Made by a program: the position numbers and the translations under genes. A stretch of 32,000 nucleotides of DNA from Ferroglobus placidus DSM 10642 (GTDB lineage: Archaea; Halobacteriota; Archaeoglobi; Archaeoglobales; Archaeoglobaceae). This document shows, in pieces, positions 1 to 5,657 of the stretch (the stretch's first letter is position 1; each line of letters starts with the position of its first letter). The notes under the pieces are model-generated. The model had not been told where the DNA came from and did not search any database. It saw only the letters and a program-made list of their open reading frames with translations. The stretch spans positions 570,001 through 602,000 of the forward strand of contig NC_013849.1 of NCBI RefSeq assembly GCF_000025505.1, read 5' to 3'.

Positions 1-2
1 AG

Positions 3-944
3 GGGTTTATAGTTCTCTCGAAAAATAACTATGTTCTCGGAAGTGGGGGCGTTTCGAACGAAAAGCAGGGAAATCCAAGTTTTCCGACCGGTGAATACGA
101 TATGAACAGAGATAATGCGGCTAAAATGATTACCAATATCTTAGCCTACACTTGGCAAAAGGTGAATGGAAAAGGAGATATCGACGTTGCACTCTACATA
201 AAAAGCGACGATAGAGCTGAGAAAGTTTTGCCAGAGTTATTAGAGTACATTAGCAAGATCAGTGGTGCACCGATAAAATATAAAGGGGTAGTAAGTAAAG
301 ACGAGCTTGAAGATGTTGATGTACTCTTTTACGTTTCTCCTCATCCCGATTTGAGTGATTTGGAAGAGTTTGTAAAAAAAGGTGGAATTCTCATCGTTGA
401 TGTATCTACTTACTGGCTACAAATATCGTATCCCTATGACTTTAGAGAAGTCGAGGACTTGTATAGGAGCTTTTTCGATTTTAGCAGTTTAAACAAAACT
501 GTTTTTATAAAATTAGTTACCGAACTCAAGCTACCCCCTGAGTTAAAGTATGAGAATTTAACGCTGAGCGATTTCCTCGTTAATGTTGGAGAAGAAGTAA
601 AGATTTCGTTTGACGTGAAAAATGTAGGAGGACCCGGGAAAGTTCCGATTTCGGTTTTTGTGAACGATGAGGAGGTATACAACGAAACAGTGGAATTTTT
701 CCCGAATGAGCAAAAGCACATAGAACTCACTTACGTTCCGCAGAAAGAGGGAGCATACAAAGTTACGGTTGACGGTATTTCGAAAGTCTTCTTTGCAAAA
801 GAAATTAAGAAAGAAAACGTTACGGCAAAAGAGAAGGCAACTCCGAAACCTGAAATGAAAAGAAGGGAAAATGCAGCACTTGTAGTAGCACTGGTTGGAA
901 TTTTAGCAGTTTTAATCGCAATAAGATTGTATTTGAGAAAATGA
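3..944 (+). CDS. Hypothetical surface or membrane protein with a CARDB-like beta-sandwich and a C-terminal TM anchor; possibly 5'-partial
   Basis: The ORF track gives 102..944, but the same frame has no stop back to base 3, so the gene may start left of the window. The segment LTLSDFLVNVGEEVKISFDVKNVGGPGKVPISVFVNDEEVYNETVEF...YKVTVDG resembles a CARDB/Ig-like domain. The C-terminus AALVVALVGILAVLIAIRLYLRK is a TM helix with a basic tail. Its stop overlaps the next ATG (ATGA at 941-944). Confidence 0.55.
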   Translation, partial: GFIVLSKNNYVLGSGGVSNEKQGNPSFPTGEYDMNRDNAAKMITNILAYTWQKVNGKGDIDVALYIKSDDRAEKVLPELLEYISKISGAPIKYKGVVSKDELEDVDVLFYVSPHPDLSDLEEFVKKGGILIVDVSTYWLQISYPYDFREVEDLYRSFFDFSSLNKTVFIKLVTELKLPPELKYENLTLSDFLVNVGEEVKISFDVKNVGGPGKVPISVFVNDEEVYNETVEFFPNEQKHIELTYVPQKEGAYKVTVDGISKVFFAKEIKKENVTAKEKATPKPEMKRRENAALVVALVGILAVLIAIRLYLRK

Positions 945-1188
945 CGCTCTCCGATTACGAGATACTCGTCTTAAAAAAGTTAAAAAAGGGAAAAGTGTTG
1001 GGGAGATTGCTAAGGAGCTTGGTTTGCCTGAGCCGATAGTAAGAATAGCGATAGAGAGAGTAAAAAATAAAGAGCTGCCAAAAAAAAGAATAGAATTGAC
1101 GAAAAGTGCCATATTTTTACTTATCGATGCGATAATTCTTTATGTTTTATTGAAGATATTAATAGAGGTGGCAAAATGGTTCCTTTAA
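941..1188 (+). CDS. Small LuxR/sigma-70 region-4-like HTH protein with a C-terminal TM helix, intact only if a -1 frameshift occurs at A_AAA_AAG (alternatively a pseudogene or homopolymer sequencing error)
   Basis: ATG 941 reads MTLSDYEILVLKKLKKGK and then stops at 1037-1039. The -1 frame from ~982-994 continues KSVGEIAKELGLPEPIVRIAIERVKNKELPKKRIELTKSAIFLLIDAIILYVLLKILIEVAKWFL, with a stop at 1186-1188. Joined, the two parts form one canonical HTH. The downstream frame has no ATG, GTG or TTG before 1024. In-phase slippery heptamers A_AAA_AAG lie at 973-979 and 982-988. Confidence 0.4.
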
Positions 1189-1853
1189 TAGAGGTACTCG
1201 TAGCCATCCTTGGAGTTTCGTTAGTTCTCCTCTACAACTATAAGGAGGATTTGGTGCTGGTGTTAAGGTTTTCAAGAATCAGGAGTAAGGTAAAAGATGT
1301 TATCAGAGAAAAACCATCTGTGAGAAAAAAGATTGTTATTGCGGCGATTGAACTCTCTGTTTTTGTGTTCTTAATTTATCTTGTGTTGACAATGAAAATC
1401 TTTTGGACGGTCGTCGTGTCTAACAGCATGTATCCGACTTTCGAGAGAGGAGACATGGTCCTCGTTCAAACAATATTTGTCGAGCCTGAAAAGGGAGATA
1501 TCGTTATGTTCGTTAGAGAGGATGTGAATTTGCCAGTGACTCACAGGGTCTTAGATGTTAAGGATGGGCTCGTTTATACAGGAGGTGACGCGTCCGGTCC
1601 GGATTCGACGCCGGTACCTAAAGACAAGATCATTGGTGAAGTTGTGACGATTTTCGGAAAACCTGTAGTCGTTAAGGGTGTCGGAAACTATTTTATTTTA
1701 GATGCTAAAGAACTGAGAGACATCACGCCCTTTGGCGAGGAGTATCTCTTCTATAAGAGTTTGGTTGAAGTTTTTAGAACCTATGCTCTGGCAATAATTG
1801 TTATAGCGATTGCGGCTTATCTCTACTTGAGTTTTAGAGAAATTACTTTTTAA
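1176..1853 (+). CDS. Signal peptidase I, archaeal/eukaryotic Sec11 type (S26B)
   Basis: The catalytic-Ser box VVVSNSMYPTFERGDMVLV and the His box LPVTHRV are present, flanked by TM helices. The start overlaps the preceding small gene, which suggests an operon. Confidence 0.85.
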   Translation: MVPLIEVLVAILGVSLVLLYNYKEDLVLVLRFSRIRSKVKDVIREKPSVRKKIVIAAIELSVFVFLIYLVLTMKIFWTVVVSNSMYPTFERGDMVLVQTIFVEPEKGDIVMFVREDVNLPVTHRVLDVKDGLVYTGGDASGPDSTPVPKDKIIGEVVTIFGKPVVVKGVGNYFILDAKELRDITPFGEEYLFYKSLVEVFRTYALAIIVIAIAAYLYLSFREITF

Positions 1854-2619
1854 TATTTTTTAAATTGGTTATCCCGTTTTTCAAAGATTCAGTTAGAGAG
1901 TTGTTCGCGTTTCCTCCTACAAGCTTCTTTGCCAGATTATAGTAGTAGTATGCGTAAAAGGCGGATGCTAAAAACATCACGCCCTGTGCAGCAGCAACTC
2001 CTAAGGCTATCCTAAGAAGAATGTATAGTGAGGGGGCTATTAAAACTGGTGCAGCTAACATGACTAAAGCCTCACTTTTGTGGAAAATGTTATATTCGTA
2101 AGTAATAAACAACCACCAGTATAAAAACAAAAGTATAGATATTAGATACAAGTACGGAAGGGTATACTGAGTCATGAAAACAAACGTCCCTAAATAAAAG
2201 AGCATGACTATTAACGCTTTGAAATAAAAGTTTATTTTTTGCTCTGGCGTGAGCTTTTGTGTAGTTGCGAGTTCTTCAACTATCGACACTTTCTTTTCGA
2301 CATCTTCAAGCTTCTTTTTCAGGGCATTAATTTCGATAATTCCCAGAGCGACCTCGTCCATTACAGGTTTAATTTTCGAGTAAACGACTTCATCGAAAGC
2401 TTTTTCGGCTGCAACTTTGTATCCCACGAGCTTTTTTCTAAGGTTGAGACTTCCGCCAACTATAATCGAAGACAGAATTAACAGGGTTAAATCTATTAGA
2501 ATGTTCAATGCAGGTTTCCCGGCTGAGTAATCAATGTAAAAAGAGTAAAGTGATGCTACAAAGAGCAATACGCCTACGATAACAGCGCTTAAGGTCGAGA
2601 TATTTTCGAGGGTATTCAT
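1843..2619 (-). CDS. Hypothetical polytopic membrane protein with a central coiled-coil segment
   Basis: A 258-aa ORF with several hydrophobic helices (N-terminal pair, then 4-5 C-terminal) around a charged segment, EINALKKKLEDVEKKVSIVEELATTQ. I do not recognise the family. Confidence 0.55.
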   Translation of the reverse strand: MNTLENISTLSAVIVGVLLFVASLYSFYIDYSAGKPALNILIDLTLLILSSIIVGGSLNLRKKLVGYKVAAEKAFDEVVYSKIKPVMDEVALGIIEINALKKKLEDVEKKVSIVEELATTQKLTPEQKINFYFKALIVMLFYLGTFVFMTQYTLPYLYLISILLFLYWWLFITYEYNIFHKSEALVMLAAPVLIAPSLYILLRIALGVAAAQGVMFLASAFYAYYYYNLAKKLVGGNANNSLTESLKNGITNLKNIKK

Positions 2620-2642
2620 TGTGATTATTTTAATTTTGTTGG

Positions 2643-2658
2643 AATTTAAATTTTTTCG
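2643..2658 (-). promoter_or_regulatory. Putative BRE/TATA promoter for the 1843..2619 gene (leaderless)
   Basis: The minus strand reads CGAAAAAATTTAAATTCC. The TATA centre is ~28 nt upstream of the ATG at 2619. It shares the core TCGAAAAA-TTTAA with the promoter at 3913-3928. Confidence 0.4.
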
Positions 2659-2682
2659 AGTTTCAAAAGTGAAATATTCAAT

Positions 2683-2691
2683 TTGTCTTCG
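2683..2691. repeat. Target-site duplication (left copy) TTGTCTTCG
   Basis: It is identical to the 9-mer at 3906-3914 and directly abuts the IS terminal inverted repeat. Confidence 0.8.
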
Positions 2692-2706
2692 GACTTTGGG
2701 ACAAAA

Positions 2707-3675
2707 TTACCTCATCACCCTCACAGCAAATATGTTGTGCCAAAGCCCGACAGCAAACAAAGCCATCTCTCTCCTGTCCTCCCTCCTCTGCCTTATCAAC
2801 CATCCAAATCTCCTCTTATCAGCAGAAAATCCTGCCTCACTTAAGTTCCTCTTGAAGTACCTCTTCAGAAACCTATAAGGAGCTTCAACAATCCTCTCGA
2901 TAACCCTCAACCAGTCAAATCCTATTCTGGCAAGATTTCGCTTTGGAATGACGTAGACAGCTGTCTCAGCATCAAACAGCCTCAGAGTCTTCCTACTGCT
3001 GTAATACTTATCCAGAGAAATCGAGTTTACCTTCACCCCCATGCTTTTGAGCATTCCTAAAGCCTTCTCAAAGGCATCTTTCTCAGATCTGTCAGAATAG
3101 CCAAAGCCAACGTACATTCCCGTATCGATGTCAATTATCCTGAAAACGTATCTGAAGTCTTTACCTTTCCTTTTAGGATTGCTTCTATAGTGCTTAGTGA
3201 TGGTTAGGCTGTATCCTGTCCCATCTCCTGAAAAATCTCCTGAAACTCCTTCCTCTCTAAGCAGAAGGATGAAGAGGTTGTGTAAAGCCATTCTAACTTC
3301 TTCATCCGAGTATAATCTTTCTATCGTTTTGTAGCTAACCTTTATCCCGAATAAAGGTTCAAACAGCTCTAAAAGCTCCTCAATATCTCTGTTTGATTTG
3401 TCCATCAGCCTTGCAAACAGAAAGAGCATAACTCTCTTCTCCAGATCAACTTTCTTTGGTCTTCCCACCCTCTTTTGCACGGTTATCACAGAAATAGCCT
3501 CTCTAACGTATTCAGGGAGTTTTCTCAGCCTTTCCTTAACAACTTCTCTCTTCCTCTCCCATTCTGTGTACGGATACTTTTCCTTCTCCTCCTGTCTTAT
3601 CTCCTCTGCAATTTCATCCAAAACATCCAGAAGTTCCCTTACAAACTTCCCTGTCACTCTGAATCCAAGGTTCAT
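2707..3675 (-). CDS. Transposase, ISA1214 family
   Basis: A 322-aa ORF fills the IS. An N-terminal HTH-like region (VGRPKKVDLEKRVMLFLFARL) is followed by a catalytic-like core (FSGDGTGYSL ... IDIDTGMYVGFGY ... SISLDKYYSS ... AGFSADKRRFG). Confidence 0.85.
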   Translation of the reverse strand: MNLGFRVTGKFVRELLDVLDEIAEEIRQEEKEKYPYTEWERKREVVKERLRKLPEYVREAISVITVQKRVGRPKKVDLEKRVMLFLFARLMDKSNRDIEELLELFEPLFGIKVSYKTIERLYSDEEVRMALHNLFILLLREEGVSGDFSGDGTGYSLTITKHYRSNPKRKGKDFRYVFRIIDIDTGMYVGFGYSDRSEKDAFEKALGMLKSMGVKVNSISLDKYYSSRKTLRLFDAETAVYVIPKRNLARIGFDWLRVIERIVEAPYRFLKRYFKRNLSEAGFSADKRRFGWLIRQRREDRREMALFAVGLWHNIFAVRVMR

Positions 3676-3726
3676 GTTCTGATTCCAACCAAAAAGTATT
3701 TAAGTATTTCTATGGATATACTTAAC

Positions 3727-3885
3727 ATGAGGAGGGTTGAAGTGAAGAAGGGAGATTTTGTTCTGAAAGAGGAGGTTGAGGTTGTTTTCGAGAAGAGAGT
3801 CACGCCTTTCGGTAATTCAGCAAAGGTTGATGTGCCCAAGAGGTATATTGGGTGGAGAGCGTATGTGATTGTTGTCAGGGATTAA
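3727..3885 (+). CDS. Small IS-encoded protein (AbrB/SpoVT-like or DUF2080-like transposon protein)
   Basis: MRRVEVKKGDFVLKEEVEVVFEKRVTPFGNSAKVDVPKRYIGWRAYVIVVRD lies inside the IS, between the transposase start and the right IR. The longer track ORF 3475..3885 is antisense to the transposase over its 5' part. ATG 3712 is an alternative start. Confidence 0.55.
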   Translation: MRRVEVKKGDFVLKEEVEVVFEKRVTPFGNSAKVDVPKRYIGWRAYVIVVRD

Positions 3886-3905
3886 AGGAATTTTGTCCCA
3901 AAACC

Positions 3906-3914
3906 TTGTCTTCG
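3906..3914. repeat. Target-site duplication (right copy) TTGTCTTCG
   Basis: It is identical to 2683-2691. Confidence 0.8.
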
Positions 3915-3928
3915 AAAAATTTAATATA
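3913..3928 (+). promoter_or_regulatory. Putative BRE/TATA promoter of the first cytochrome gene
   Basis: CGAAAAA (BRE-like) plus TTTAATATA (3920-3928) lies ~35 nt upstream of ATG 3961. GGGGTG at 3950-3955 sits 5 nt before the ATG. The motif starts inside the right copy of the IS target duplication. Confidence 0.45.
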
Positions 3929-3960
3929 CTTAGAGAGCTAAACTTTATTGGGGTGTTTAA

Positions 3961-4707
3961 ATGAGTGTGAGCGGAAGAGTATTACTCGGGATCGTAATAC
4001 TTTTAGCTGTAGGAGTTCTTGTGTTGCCATCGACTGTATCGCTTTTCGCAGGACAGCACGACTGGTACAACATCGACAATCCGGAGAACGACATTCCGTG
4101 CCAGAAGTGTCATGCGGACGTGTTTGATGAGTTAAGTAATAGCCCGTATCACATCAACTTCAGCGGTGGGACTGCTAATCAGGCAGATGAGGCTGATTGC
4201 GGAGCATGCCATCAAGCAGCAGCTGTAGTTGGAGGTGGACTCACCCTCGCAAACGGTAGCGGCGCCTTTGGCTCACCTGGTAAAGAAGCTCATGCGGCTG
4301 CAAGCATAAGCTGTATGTGGTGCCATGGATATCCCGGTAACTTTACAGCCCCTACAGCTGGAGGTTTCGGTATCTCTGGAGACCCCGCAGATACTGGTGC
4401 CTATGCAGCCCACAGACCGTGGGTTCTTTCAGCGATGGCTGACAATCCAGCTAACAACACCGATTTGCTCACAGGACCAAACGAAGCTTGCATAGGCTGT
4501 CACACCCACGTTGCTGTGAGGATTAACTGGACTCATGCTGTAAGCCTTGAATTCAACGCCACCAACACTGGCACTGGCTGGACCACGGAGAACTACAACG
4601 CTAATGGAACAGCTGTAAGGATTGTCTGGGGTAATGCGGAGGGAACTGGTGGATTGCTGTACAACGGAACAACAACAAAGAGCTGGGGAACTGGAACTTG
4701 GCCTTAA
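3961..4707 (+). CDS. Tetrahaem c-type cytochrome with an N-terminal signal or anchor segment (small-cytochrome paralogue 1)
   Basis: Four CXXCH motifs: CQKCH, CGACH, CMWCH, CIGCH. The N-terminus is MSVSGRVLLGIVILLAVGVLVLPSTVSLFAGQHDWY. Conserved extra histidines (GQH, YH, EAHAA, AAHR, HTHV..WTH) would allow bis-His ligation. The C-terminus is WGNAEGTGGLLYNGTTTKSWGTGTWP. Confidence 0.93.
   Translation: MSVSGRVLLGIVILLAVGVLVLPSTVSLFAGQHDWYNIDNPENDIPCQKCHADVFDELSNSPYHINFSGGTANQADEADCGACHQAAAVVGGGLTLANGSGAFGSPGKEAHAAASISCMWCHGYPGNFTAPTAGGFGISGDPADTGAYAAHRPWVLSAMADNPANNTDLLTGPNEACIGCHTHVAVRINWTHAVSLEFNATNTGTGWTTENYNANGTAVRIVWGNAEGTGGLLYNGTTTKSWGTGTWP
3994..4077 (+). repeat. 84-bp block identical to 4841-4924 (signal/anchor region of paralogues 1 and 2)
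   Basis: Aligned by eye at a constant offset of 847 nt, I saw no mismatch. Confidence 0.8.
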
Positions 4708-4708
4708 A
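4588..4708 (+). repeat. ~121-bp block identical to 5447-5567 (C-terminal 39 codons plus stop of paralogues 1 and 2)
   Basis: Aligned by eye at a constant offset of 859 nt, I saw no mismatch. Similarity ends immediately after the stop codon. Confidence 0.8.
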
Positions 4709-4735
4709 TCATATAGCTTGAACGTTGCTTTATAA

Positions 4736-4742
4736 TTTTTTT
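4736..4742 (+). terminator. Oligo-T tract (T7), a candidate archaeal terminator after the first cytochrome gene
   Basis: TTTTTTT lies 29 nt after the stop at 4707. It is followed by an A/T-rich TATA-like tract (~4761-4776) and GGGGTG 5 nt before ATG 4808. Confidence 0.35.
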
Positions 4743-4807
4743 AAACAGCTTAACAAAAACAAAAATTTTTAATTTTGTTTGCATAACATTACTTTGGGGT
4801 GAATAAT

Positions 4808-5566
4808 ATGATGTTAACACCGCGTGTTATCCTTTCTATTGTAATACTTTTAGCTGTAGGAGTTCTTGTGTTGCCATCGACTGTATCGCTTTTCGCAGGA
4901 CAGCACGACTGGTACAACATCGACGCGCGGGGAAACGATATTCCTTGTGAGAAATGCCATGCGGACGTTTACGATGAGCTGAAGAACAATCCGTATCATG
5001 AGAACTTTACATGCGATTTATGTCACAGAGCAATCAACATTTCCTATGCAAGCGGATATAGCAATGGACCGGATATGAGCTATGAGTGGGGTGCTCATGC
5101 GGCATCTACTGTTAGCTGTCTGGTGTGTCATAGTGGACCAAACTCTGGCGAAGGTGCTATGCATGAACATCATGAAGTAGTTGCAGACTGTTCGGTTTGT
5201 CATTCACCAAGTCCTACTGACTATCCTCCAGTGGCAGGGGGATTTGGTTTGACTGGCGAAGCTAATGACACAGGAACTTACGCAGCACACAGGCAGTTCG
5301 TTTTAGATGCTAAAAACAACTCTCTCATGACCTCTGCAAATGAAGCTTGTATAGCCTGCCACACCCATGTTCCAGTAAGAATCAATTGGAGTCATGCTGT
5401 GAGCTTAGAGCTTAACGCCACTCAGATACTCAGCGAATGGACAACCGAGAACTACAACGCTAATGGAACAGCTGTAAGGATTGTCTGGGGTAATGCGGAG
5501 GGAACTGGTGGATTGCTGTACAACGGAACAACAACAAAGAGCTGGGGAACTGGAACTTGGCCTTAA
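4808..5566 (+). CDS. Pentahaem c-type cytochrome with an N-terminal signal or anchor segment (paralogue 2)
   Basis: Five CXXCH motifs: CEKCH, CDLCH, CLVCH, CSVCH, CIACH. The track starts at GTG 4799. I prefer ATG 4808 because GGGGTG lies 5 nt upstream, the same spacing as at 3961 and 12111. The N- and C-terminal coding DNA is identical to paralogue 1. Confidence 0.9.
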   Translation: MMLTPRVILSIVILLAVGVLVLPSTVSLFAGQHDWYNIDARGNDIPCEKCHADVYDELKNNPYHENFTCDLCHRAINISYASGYSNGPDMSYEWGAHAASTVSCLVCHSGPNSGEGAMHEHHEVVADCSVCHSPSPTDYPPVAGGFGLTGEANDTGTYAAHRQFVLDAKNNSLMTSANEACIACHTHVPVRINWSHAVSLELNATQILSEWTTENYNANGTAVRIVWGNAEGTGGLLYNGTTTKSWGTGTWP

Positions 5567-5616
5567 ACCTTCCATAATTTTATAATTATGATGACAATGA
5601 GATTTATTGCATTTAT

Positions 5617-5633
5617 GAAAACAAATTTTATAT
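5617..5633 (+). promoter_or_regulatory. Putative BRE/TATA promoter for giant cytochrome 1 (leaderless)
   Basis: TTTTATAT at 5626-5633 follows purine-rich GAAAACAAA. The TATA centre is ~28 nt upstream of ATG 5658, and there is no SD-like motif. Confidence 0.4.
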
Positions 5634-5657
5634 TCTAATTGTGAGCACTTATTTTTA

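Larger units (their letters stand above)
2692..3905 (-). mobile_element. ISA1214-type insertion sequence, complete, exactly 1214 bp
   Basis: The terminal inverted repeats are GACTTTGGGACAAAATT (2692-2708) and the reverse complement of AATTTTGTCCCAAAACC (3889-3905), matching 15/17 by eye. The element is flanked by a perfect 9-bp direct repeat. It contains a 322-aa transposase and a small second ORF. The length equals that of ISA1214 from Archaeoglobus fulgidus (from memory). Confidence 0.85.

Noticed and set aside
2621-3726. Plus-strand ORFs 2621..2878, 3398..3682 and the 5' part of 3475..3885
   Set aside because: They are antisense to the ISA1214 transposase and have low-complexity Ser/Leu/Phe-rich translations. 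Only the 3' portion (3727..3885) looks like a real small protein.
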